Shown piece after piece: positions 47,815-57,281 of a DNA stretch of 64,000 bases (position 1 is the first letter of the stretch; every line of letters begins with the position of its first letter). The notes under the pieces are model-generated. The model was not told the DNA's origin. It saw only the letters and a program-made list of their open reading frames with translations, and made no database searches. Position numbers and translations under genes: made by a program. Source of the stretch: Robiginitomaculum sp. (GTDB lineage: Bacteria > Pseudomonadota > Alphaproteobacteria > Caulobacterales > Maricaulaceae); the NCBI GenBank assembly GCA_030949705.1, contig JAUZSF010000026.1, positions 53,210-117,209 on the forward strand, written 5' to 3'.

Positions 47815-48778
47815 CTAATGCTCTCCGCCATGGGGGCTGAAATGGGCAATGCCGTGGGCTTCCGCCTCACCCTTGGGGTCCGGGTGGATCAGAATATCGG
47901 CGGCCGGATAAACCTCCAACAGGCGTCTTTCCACCTCAACCACAATTTTATGCGCTTCGGCCAGGCTGATTTTGGGGTCCAGATCCACATGGAACTGGAT
48001 ATGCACAAAAATGCCGGCAGCCCGAGTGCGCAACTCATGCACCGAAAGAACACCTTCGACCTCCAGCGCCAGTTTTTTTAATCTTGCGGCGTTCCTCGTC
48101 GGGCAGCTCGCGGTCCAGCATCTGGTCCAGTGCCTTGCGCGCCACGCCCCAGGCGGTCCAGACCAGCCACAGGGCAATACCCAGCCCGACCAGTGCATCG
48201 GCCCAGCCAAGTCCAAGATACAGGGTCAGGCCAATGCCCAATATGACCGAAAAATTAGCCGCCAGATCAGAAACATAATGGGCCCGGTCCCCGGTGACTG
48301 CCACCGATCCGCTCTGGCTGATAGCCTTGCTCTGCCAACGCACCAGCATGACCGTCAACACTATGGACAGCCCCATCACCGCCATCGCCAGGGGACCGTG
48401 TTCAACGATACGCGGATTGAATAGGCGCGCCACGGATTCACGAGCCACCAGGGCCGCCGAGATCGCCACCAGCAGGGCCTGAAACAGCGAGGCAAAACTT
48501 TCGGCCTTGCCATGGCCATAGCGGTGTTCACGATCCGCCGGGGCAGCGGCATAGCGCACCGCATAATAGGTGGTCAGTGAGGCGGCCAGATCCAGTGCCG
48601 AATCTGCGAAAGACGCCAGCATGGCCACGGAATGCGAAGCCGCATAGGCCCACAGCTTGGCCCCGACCAGAACACTGGCCACCAAAACCGACGCGCTGGT
48701 CGCCAGGCGCACCGAACGCATGGCCTGTTCGGGGTTGTGCAAACCGGGTCCGGAAGAGTTTGAAGCATCATGAGGCAT
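47815..48778 (-). pseudogene. Cation diffusion facilitator (FieF/CzcD-like) transporter, one frameshift as assembled
   Basis: ORF 48035..48778 (six-TM domain; SVAMLASFADSALD, HYVSDLAAN) and ORF 47815..48216 (cytoplasmic domain VEGVLSVHELRTRAAGIFVHIQFHVDL) join at the T7 run 48073-48079 (A7 on the coding strand). Confidence 0.85.
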
Positions 48779-48910
48779 GGCATGAGGACTTATCGTGAAG
48801 CGTTTTGCCGGTCAAACGCCAAAGACTTCCAAAGTTTAATTTGCTCATATTTGTAAATGGCCTATACCCGCCAAACGGCGGGGGCCGCGTTCATTAAACG
48901 GGAGGGAATA

Positions 48911-51628
48911 ATGCGCATACTTTTTACAGGTTTGATGGCGGCAACCTTGCTTTTGGGGTGCAGCCCGGCGGGCGCACCCAAGGAAAAAACCGGGGCGGTC
49001 AAGCATGACGAGACGTTAAAAGAGGCGCAAACCCTGCCCTTGATTACAGATCCACCGGTCGGCAAATTACCCGCCGGTATTTCCCCTTTATCCTATGCGC
49101 TAAATCTGGTGATTGACCCGACCGCCAAGGATTTTTCCGGCAATGTGGCCATCAAGGTAGATTTGCAAAAACCATTGCAGGGGTTCTGGCTGCATGGCCA
49201 AGGGCTGAGTGTTGATCTGGCCTCACTGACCCTTTCCGATGGAACGGTCATTGCCGCCGATTATCAGGAATCCAAGGAGCCGGGGGTATCTCTGGTCACG
49301 CTGGAACGCAAGGTCGGGCCAGGTACCGGCACCTTGCAGTTTGAATTTCACGCGCCGTTTAACCAGTCTCTGGACGGGCTTTATCAGGTCAAGCGTGATG
49401 GCAGTTCCTATATCGTCAGCCAGTTCGAAGCCATTGCCGCCCGCAAGGCTTTTCCCGGCTTTGACGAGCCGCGTTTTAAGGTGCCCTTTGATATTTCGGT
49501 GACCGCCCCCAAAGGCGATGCAGTGATTGCCAATACCCCGCAAACCGGGGCAACCGAACTGAACAACGGCATGGTGCGCTATGACTTTGCCCGCACCAAG
49601 CCATTGCCGACCTATCTGCTGGCCTTTGCGGTGGGTCCCTATGACGTCAATGAATGGGCGGCCATGCCCCCCAATAGTGTGCGCGATTATCCGGTACCCT
49701 TGCGCGGTGTTGCCACCAAAGGCAATGGCGGCCAACTGGCCTATGCACTGGAAAATACCGCCGGCATTGTCGCTACCGAAGAGAAATATTTCGGCATCCC
49801 CTATCCCTATGCCAAGCTCGATCTGATTGCCGCGCCGGACTATGCCTTTGGAGCCATGGAAAATCCGGGTGCCATTGTCTTTACTGAATATTTGCTGCTG
49901 GTGGGCGACGAAGCCTCCTTAAATCAGAAGCGCGCCTATGCCTCGGTCAATGCCCACGAACTGGCGCACCAATGGTTTGGCGATCTGGTGACGCCCAAAT
50001 GGTGGACCGATATCTGGCTGAACGAAGCCTTTGCCACCTGGATGGGTAATAAAACCCTTGGCCTGTGGAAGCCGGACGGCGAATTTGGCCGCTCTACCTT
50101 GCGCGGGGCGTTGGGGGCCATGAGCCAAGATGCCCTGGCCAGCACCCGGAAAATTCATGAACCAGTCACCCGCAATGCCGAGATCTGGGATGCCTTTGAT
50201 GGCATTACCTATCGCAAGGGCGCCGGGGTTCTGGCCATGACCGAAAGCTATGTAGGTGAGAAGGCTTTTCAGGCCGGTGTGCGCGAACACATGAAACGCT
50301 TTGCCTTTAAAACGGCCACGGCGGATGACTTCTTTACCTCTCTTGGGGAAGGCTCCGGCCATCCAGAAATCATTGCGTCCTTACGCTCATTTGTGGACCA
50401 GCCCCATGCGCCTCGTGTGGATGTGCGTCTGGATCAGGAAAACGGCAAAACCGTTTTGCGCCTGCACCAGCGCACCTATGCGCCACTGGGCTCGACAATC
50501 AAAGGCGATGGGCGCTGGAATATTCCGTTCTGTGTATCCGGCCAAAGCGCCGGATCGCCATTCAAAACCTGCATGATGATGACCAAAAAGGACGAGACCC
50601 TGGCCCTGGAAGGCGCGCAGGCGCCCGATTATGTCATGCCCAATGCCGGTGGCGCGGGGTATTATCGCTTTACGCTGGATGAAGCCGGTTGGGACAAGTT
50701 GATTGCCAATGCCGATGCTCTGCCGGCCAGCGAAGCGCTGGCTCTGCGCGACAGCGCCACGGCGGCCCTTCGTGCCGGTGGCATGAGCGGTGATCAGTGG
50801 TTCAATGTGATTGAAAAACTGGCCGCCCACCCCGCCTGGGATGTGGTGTCGGCAGCAGTCAATGCCGTTGCCGGCCTTCAGGGGCAGACTTTTGACTGGG
50901 ATGATCCGGCACTGGCCACCTATGTTCGCCAGGTCTTTGCGCCGCGTTACAAGGCAATTACCGGCAACAGCCGTGGGGATGCTCTGCTCAGAACCGCCCT
51001 GAAACGTCGTCTGGCCCTTACTGGTCATGATCCGGCGGTGCGGGGGCCTCTGGTGGCGTCAGCCAAAAAATTCATTGGCATGGATGGTGCCGATGATGCC
51101 GTCGCACTGACCCCCGAAGATATGAGCATGGCCTTTGCCGCCGCCGTACAGGATGAAGGCGCGCCATTTGTCGAGGCCTTGCGTACCCTGCTGGAAAAAG
51201 AGCGCAACCCCGCGGTTCGGGGGGCGGCCCTGGGGGCGTTAAGCGCCACCCGGGATGCCGCCATTGCGTCTGATCTGCGCGATTGGGCCATGGGAGATAT
51301 CCTGACCGGGCGCGAAGCTATGGGCCTGATCGGGGGGTTGATGTTTGGCCCGCTCGCCGATGATGGCTGGGCATGGTTTACAGCGCATTTTGATGATGTA
51401 CTCTCGCGCATGCCCGATGTTCGCAAATCAGCGGCCCCTGGTTTTGCCCGCGGTTTTTGCGATACGGGCAAACGTGATGCCGTAAAGGCTTTTTTCACCG
51501 CGCAAGCGGCTAAAATACCTGGCTATGAACGCTCGCTGGCCCAAACGCTGGAGGGCATAACCCTTTGCGCCGCCTTCAAGGAGGCCAAGAGTGAAGAACT
51601 GGCCAGGGCACTGGAATCAAGAGGCTGA
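48911..51628 (+). CDS. M1-family zinc aminopeptidase (aminopeptidase N-like), probable lipoprotein
   Basis: GAMENPG exopeptidase motif and HELAHQWFGDLVT...WLNEAFA zinc motif. GGAGGG precedes ATG 48911. LLLGC lipobox. Confidence 0.88.
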   Translation: MRILFTGLMAATLLLGCSPAGAPKEKTGAVKHDETLKEAQTLPLITDPPVGKLPAGISPLSYALNLVIDPTAKDFSGNVAIKVDLQKPLQGFWLHGQGLSVDLASLTLSDGTVIAADYQESKEPGVSLVTLERKVGPGTGTLQFEFHAPFNQSLDGLYQVKRDGSSYIVSQFEAIAARKAFPGFDEPRFKVPFDISVTAPKGDAVIANTPQTGATELNNGMVRYDFARTKPLPTYLLAFAVGPYDVNEWAAMPPNSVRDYPVPLRGVATKGNGGQLAYALENTAGIVATEEKYFGIPYPYAKLDLIAAPDYAFGAMENPGAIVFTEYLLLVGDEASLNQKRAYASVNAHELAHQWFGDLVTPKWWTDIWLNEAFATWMGNKTLGLWKPDGEFGRSTLRGALGAMSQDALASTRKIHEPVTRNAEIWDAFDGITYRKGAGVLAMTESYVGEKAFQAGVREHMKRFAFKTATADDFFTSLGEGSGHPEIIASLRSFVDQPHAPRVDVRLDQENGKTVLRLHQRTYAPLGSTIKGDGRWNIPFCVSGQSAGSPFKTCMMMTKKDETLALEGAQAPDYVMPNAGGAGYYRFTLDEAGWDKLIANADALPASEALALRDSATAALRAGGMSGDQWFNVIEKLAAHPAWDVVSAAVNAVAGLQGQTFDWDDPALATYVRQVFAPRYKAITGNSRGDALLRTALKRRLALTGHDPAVRGPLVASAKKFIGMDGADDAVALTPEDMSMAFAAAVQDEGAPFVEALRTLLEKERNPAVRGAALGALSATRDAAIASDLRDWAMGDILTGREAMGLIGGLMFGPLADDGWAWFTAHFDDVLSRMPDVRKSAAPGFARGFCDTGKRDAVKAFFTAQAAKIPGYERSLAQTLEGITLCAAFKEAKSEELARALESRG

Positions 51629-51637
51629 TCCTGAACC

Positions 51638-52444
51638 ATGGGTGTGTTGCAGTTCGTTGTCCTGGCGATCATTCAGGGTGTCACTGAATTTTTGCCGATC
51701 AGCTCTTCTGCACACCTGATTTTGGTGCCCCAGATCATGGGCACGGTCGATCAGGGGCCTTTGATCGACCTGATGGCCCATGGCGGCTCTCTATTGGCGG
51801 TGATGACCTATTATCGCCGCGATGTGGGCAAGGTGCTGATTGGCATGGGCGAAATGATCCGGGGGCGCTTTGGTTCCGATAATGCCCGGCTGTTCTGGCT
51901 GATTGCCATTGCCACCCCGCCGGGGCTGGTGGTGGGGGCCGCCCTGTACCTTACCGGCGCGGAGGATATGCTGCGCGATCCCAAAATCATTGCCTGGGCC
52001 AGTCTCGTTTTTGCGCTGCCCCTATGGGCGGCGGATCGCTGGGCCAGCCAGAACGGCAGTGTCGAGCAAAAGGGTTGGCACGCGGCGGTACTGATTGGTC
52101 TGGCACAGGTATTGGCCTTTGTTCCCGGCACTTCGCGATCCGGCATTACCATGACCGCGGCCCGTGCGCTGGGGGTTTCGCGCACCGAGGCGGCGCGTTT
52201 TTCCATGCTGATGTCCATTCCATTACTGGCGGCCATGGCGCTGGCAGCGGGCGCATCGCTTTTTGTCCATCCGCCGACAAACGGCGCCGGCTTTGGTGAT
52301 GGCCTGATTGTCTTGGTGCTTTCTGCGCTGGTCGCCTATGGGGTGATTGCCATTTTCATGCGTCTTGTGGAACGCATCGGCCTGTTACCCTTTGCGCTGT
52401 ATCGCATTCTTTTATCGGCCTTGTTGTTTCTGACCCTGACATAG
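51638..52444 (+). CDS. uppP: Undecaprenyl-diphosphate phosphatase
   Basis: GVTEFLPISSSAHL and PGTSRSGITMTAA are canonical UppP/BacA motifs. Confidence 0.92.
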   Translation: MGVLQFVVLAIIQGVTEFLPISSSAHLILVPQIMGTVDQGPLIDLMAHGGSLLAVMTYYRRDVGKVLIGMGEMIRGRFGSDNARLFWLIAIATPPGLVVGAALYLTGAEDMLRDPKIIAWASLVFALPLWAADRWASQNGSVEQKGWHAAVLIGLAQVLAFVPGTSRSGITMTAARALGVSRTEAARFSMLMSIPLLAAMALAAGASLFVHPPTNGAGFGDGLIVLVLSALVAYGVIAIFMRLVERIGLLPFALYRILLSALLFLTLT

Positions 52445-52450
52445 GGTCAG
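52430..52450 (+). terminator. 8-bp stem-loop spanning the uppP stop codon (weak terminator candidate)
   Basis: CTGACCCT-GACAT-AGGGTCAG, read directly from the sequence. No immediate U-tract follows it. Confidence 0.3.
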
Positions 52451-52555
52451 ATGAAAAAATAGAGGTTTTTGGCGCGGCTCAGCGTCCTATCAATGAAGCA
52501 TGTCTTGCAATGAAGACTGCGAAGTGATGTCAAACTTCATTCTCAGAGCCGCCTT

Positions 52556-54055
52556 ATGAAAAAAGATGTTCAATATTTTGAAACGGTCATTATCGGCACC
52601 GGGTTTTCCGGACTGCTGGCGGCGATCCGTCTGAAGAAAAAGAAAATAGAAGATTTTGTCTTGCTGGAACGCAGCGCTGAACTTGGCGGCACCTGGCAGC
52701 AAAATTCCTATCCCGGGGCCGAAGTGGATGTGCCAACCGCCCTCTATTCCTTTTCTTTCGTGCCCTACCCCTTCACCAAAAAATACGCCCCGCAAAGCGA
52801 ATTGCTGGCCTATACCAACCATATCATCGATAAATTTGACCTTCGCCAATATGCCAGAACCAATCAGGCGGTAACCACGCTAAGGTTTGAGGAAAGCGAA
52901 GGACTGTGGCATGTCGAGACCGCCTCTGGCGAACAGTATACCGCGCGCTTTATCATTGATACCAGCGGCGTGCTGGCCAACCCGAAAATGCCTTATATCC
53001 AGGGTGCAGAAACCTTTGAGGGTACACAGTTTCATACGGCACAGTGGGACCATTCGGTCTCTTATGAAGGCAAACGCGTGGGCGTTATTGGTTCGGGCTG
53101 TTCCGGGGTGCAGGTGGTAACCGCCATTGCCGACAAGGTAGACAGGCTCAGCGTGTTTATGCGCACGGCCGAGGGGATCATTCCCCGCTCGGATCGCACC
53201 TATGGTGCCATCGAGCGGTATTTGATCACATTGCCGGGGATCCGTCATCTGAACCGCTTACTCACGTTTTGCGTTCATGAGGCACGTTTTATCGGCTTTC
53301 GCCGCTATCCGTTTACGCAAAAACTTAGTCAGTTTTTCAAGCGCGGCTATGCGCGCACGCTCAAAAAAAACCTTGAAAAATATATCGATGATGAAAACGT
53401 GCGCGCGCACATGATGCCCGATTACGAGCTGGGCTCCCGGCGGCTTATCCCCAACAATAAATTTTTGCCGGCCTTGTCCCGCGATAATGTGGATGTGGAC
53501 ATTAGCGGGATCGAGCGCATTACCCCCACCGGCATTCGTACCAAAGATGGCAAGGACATTCCCCTGGACATTATTGTCTATGCCACCGGCTTTTATGCCT
53601 ATTCAAATGCCAAAGAGCTGCTGTCCTTTCAGGTCTATGGCCTGAACGGCCGTCATCTGAACGAGGAATGGGAAAGCAATATCGTTTCCTATAAGGGTAT
53701 TACCGTTTCGGGTTACCCAAACTATTTCAAGATCAATGGCCCCAATACCGGCACCGGTCACAGCTCGCAAATTTCGTATATGCAGACCATGGTCGATTAT
53801 ACGGTGAAGGCCATCTGTGCGGTAAGGCGTGATAAAACCATCAAGGCGATCAATCCCAAAAGCGAAGCGCAAAGCGCCTATGTGGCTCGTGTGAAAAAGG
53901 CCATGCAATCAACGGTCTGGCAAAATGCCACCTGCAAATCGTTTTACCGCAAAGGCATGACCGGCGACGTGACCAGCCTGTCGCCGGAATCGGTGGTTCA
54001 CTTTATCTTTTCACGTAAACGCCTGCGCCTGAGTGATTATCATCTGATCAGGTGA
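52556..54055 (+). CDS. Flavin-containing / Baeyer-Villiger-type monooxygenase (FAD and NAD(P)-binding)
   Basis: VIIGTGFSGLLAA (FAD GxGxxG), ERSAELGGTWQQNSYPGAEVDVP, a second dinucleotide motif VGVIGSGCSG, and ATGF near the C-terminal third. Confidence 0.8.
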   Translation: MKKDVQYFETVIIGTGFSGLLAAIRLKKKKIEDFVLLERSAELGGTWQQNSYPGAEVDVPTALYSFSFVPYPFTKKYAPQSELLAYTNHIIDKFDLRQYARTNQAVTTLRFEESEGLWHVETASGEQYTARFIIDTSGVLANPKMPYIQGAETFEGTQFHTAQWDHSVSYEGKRVGVIGSGCSGVQVVTAIADKVDRLSVFMRTAEGIIPRSDRTYGAIERYLITLPGIRHLNRLLTFCVHEARFIGFRRYPFTQKLSQFFKRGYARTLKKNLEKYIDDENVRAHMMPDYELGSRRLIPNNKFLPALSRDNVDVDISGIERITPTGIRTKDGKDIPLDIIVYATGFYAYSNAKELLSFQVYGLNGRHLNEEWESNIVSYKGITVSGYPNYFKINGPNTGTGHSSQISYMQTMVDYTVKAICAVRRDKTIKAINPKSEAQSAYVARVKKAMQSTVWQNATCKSFYRKGMTGDVTSLSPESVVHFIFSRKRLRLSDYHLIR

Positions 54056-54086
54056 GGGAATGGAATCCCCCAAAACAAAGCCAAAT

Positions 54087-54185
54087 TGTCATTACCGGGC
54101 TTGTCCCGGTAATCCATCCTTCGGGCGCGCTCAGGGTGAGGGCTTTTACCAGAACTGGATTGCCCGGACAAACCGGGCAATGACA
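54087..54185. repeat. About 99-bp MITE/REP-like palindromic element between convergent genes
   Basis: Terminal arms are TGTCATTACCGGGCTTGTCCCGGTAATCCA (from 54087) and TGGATTGCCCGGACAAACCGGGCAATGACA (ending 54185). They are imperfect reverse complements. Confidence 0.7.
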
Positions 54186-54216
54186 CATATTGGTATGACG
54201 GTATTGCTTGTTGCCG

Positions 54217-55434
<1,218 letters not shown>

Positions 55435-55623
55435 TCACAAAAAGGCTTTGCCCGTTCATGAGTTCTGCCCCCGCCTTCGTCAAGTGGTCAATCGTCGTAT
55501 TCCTGCCGTCTTTGCACGCCTTGCGCCACAATTGCGCTTGGATTTTCCCCAAATGGCCTCAGCCCTGCCCTATGGCGGCCTTTAAGGGCAGGCAAAAGAC
55601 AGAGGCTTAAGGGAGGAAAAACG

Positions 55624-55767
55624 ATGTCGATCAACATGCCAAGGACGATCCGCCGGACCCTGACATTCATCTTGCTGACCGCGGCCAGTTTCTGGCTGTT
55701 TGCCTGTCAGGCCAGCGCTATGGAGACACAGCGCCTGTTCGGCTCACCCCCCCAGGAGAGTATCTAA
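55624..55767 (+). CDS. Unannotated 47-aa mini-ORF with signal-peptide/lipobox-like N-terminus
   Basis: GGGAGGAAAAACG precedes the ATG. MSINMPRTIRRTLTFILLTAASFWLFACQASA... The TAA stop overlaps the next ATG (TAATG). Below the 60-aa cutoff of the ORF track. Confidence 0.35.
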   Translation: MSINMPRTIRRTLTFILLTAASFWLFACQASAMETQRLFGSPPQESI

Positions 55768-55871
55768 TGCCCGATAAACTTTACGATGGTGGTTTGCGGT
55801 TATTCACCCTGTGTATCGGCACGCTGGGGGTTTTATTTCTGATCCGGGCGGCCTTTGCGCTGTTCGGGTAG
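55767..55871 (+). CDS. Unannotated 34-aa single-TM mini-ORF, translationally coupled to the preceding mini-ORF
   Basis: CAGGAGAG lies 6 nt upstream. MPDKLYDGGLRLFTLCIGTLGVLFLIRAAFALFG has one clear hydrophobic helix. Confidence 0.35.
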   Translation: MPDKLYDGGLRLFTLCIGTLGVLFLIRAAFALFG

Positions 55872-56073
55872 GCGGGTATTTAAAAAAACCAGACCCTAAT
55901 TCTGCCATAAAAAACATCAGCACCACCGGCACGCCGGGCATATTGATGGAACGCGCCAAGGAACTGGAAAACCTGCACAAATACAAAGACCCGGTGTTTG
56001 GCGATTGATGGCATGTTCACCCTGTTTATGAGCGTATAGCCTAGGTCCATCTGATTCGTTTGGGAGAGCGCAG

Positions 56074-56697
56074 ATGGGCAAGGAAACCGAACAGGAACAA
56101 TTCTGGCGCGGCAATTTTGGTGATGAATATGTCGAGCGCTGTCGCGGCGAGGCGGCGCTGGCGGCACGGCTGTTCCTGTGGGGCAATATCCTGCGCGCCT
56201 GTGGCCCGGTTGAAAGCGTTACCGAATTTGGGGCCAATATCGGCCTGAACCTTCAGGCCCTGCACAGCCTTTTGCCGCGGGCGGATTTACGCGGGGTGGA
56301 AATCAACGCCAAAGCGGCGGCGGAACTGGCGGCTCTTGGCTATGTGGATGTACATGAAGGCTCGCTTTTGGATACCGCTCCGGCGGAAAAAAGCGATCTT
56401 TCCTTTACCTGCACGGTGCTGATCCATATCAACCCCGACGAATTGCCCCGGGCCTATGGGCAAATTGCGGGCGCCACCCGGCGCTATGCGGTAATTTGCG
56501 AATATTATAATCCGACTCCGGTGGAAATTGGCTATCGCGGCCATACCGAGCGCTTGTTCAAGCGCGATTTTGCCGGCGAGTTTATGGATGCCCATCCGGA
56601 ATTTCATTTGCGCGATTATGGCTTTGCCTATCACCGCGACCCCAATTTCCCCATGGATGATTTTAGCTGGTTCTTGATGGAGCGGAATCCGGCATAA
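56074..56697 (+). CDS. Methyltransferase resembling the pseudaminic-acid-biosynthesis-associated methylase family (TIGR03587-like)
   Basis: EQEQFWRGNFGDEYVERC, VTEFGANIGLNLQAL, VLIHINPDEL, ICEYYNPTPVEIGYRGHTERLFKRDFAGEF, DYGFAYHRDPNFPMDDFSWFLMER. This matches the family pattern as I remember it. Confidence 0.65.
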   Translation: MGKETEQEQFWRGNFGDEYVERCRGEAALAARLFLWGNILRACGPVESVTEFGANIGLNLQALHSLLPRADLRGVEINAKAAAELAALGYVDVHEGSLLDTAPAEKSDLSFTCTVLIHINPDELPRAYGQIAGATRRYAVICEYYNPTPVEIGYRGHTERLFKRDFAGEFMDAHPEFHLRDYGFAYHRDPNFPMDDFSWFLMERNPA

Positions 56698-56760
56698 ACC
56701 TTGTATCATGCGGCAATCCGCCCCTTTACGACGCCAACCGGGCATGATGTGTACAACGCT

Positions 56761-57216
56761 ATGAGTAATCCAGTTGCCATCACCATGAAGAACACCACCA
56801 AACGCCAAATTCTGGCGAACCTGGCGCTGTTTTTGGTGCTGGCCGCTTCGCTGTGGCCCATCGCTCAGGGGCGCATTCTGGCCCAAAGCAGCGGGCCGTT
56901 GAGCCGTATTTTATGTTCCGGACAGGCCCGCACCGCGCTAACCCCGGAGGCCCGTGAGAGCCTTGAACGGCTGGCGAGCTTGACCGGCAATCGTGATTTG
57001 CTGCCCGCGGCCCAAACCCCCATCTGCCCCTGTCAGGGGTGCTTCACCCATGGTCATGCCATGGTGTCGGTCTTGCCAACCCCGGTTTTGGTACCGGTAC
57101 GGCTGGCGCGCCTTTATGTGTACAAGCAAGGCATGCAGGCCCGCCTGCGCCCCAGCCAGTCTGTGGCGCGCGCCCATGGCGCCCGGGCACCACCGTCCTC
57201 TCCTTTCTTCGCCTGA
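56761..57216 (+). CDS. DUF2946/CzcI-like exported Cys/His protein preceding a TonB-dependent receptor
   Basis: TM/signal segment ILANLALFLVLAASLWPIAQG, the CPCQGCFTHGH cluster, and C-terminal GARAPPSSP. The start is uncertain (56761 or 56785; the ORF track starts at 56701). Confidence 0.5.
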   Translation: MSNPVAITMKNTTKRQILANLALFLVLAASLWPIAQGRILAQSSGPLSRILCSGQARTALTPEARESLERLASLTGNRDLLPAAQTPICPCQGCFTHGHAMVSVLPTPVLVPVRLARLYVYKQGMQARLRPSQSVARAHGARAPPSSPFFA

Positions 57217-57281
57217 ACCCAATTTTAAGTTGAAGAAATTGCCCCCGTGCCTTTGTGCGCGCGGTGCCAGAGGGATACCCC

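Noticed and set aside
55563-55592. 8-bp stem-loop CCTGCCCT-N13-AGGGCAGG upstream of the mini-ORFs, considered as a terminator or riboswitch stem
   Set aside because: There is no U-tract on either strand and nothing recognisably conserved around it. I left it as an unexplained hairpin.
55946-56008. 20-codon ORF MERAKELENLHKYKDPVFGD upstream of the methylase gene, considered as a leader peptide
   Set aside because: No convincing SD and no regulatory codon pattern, and it is too short to evaluate without conservation data.
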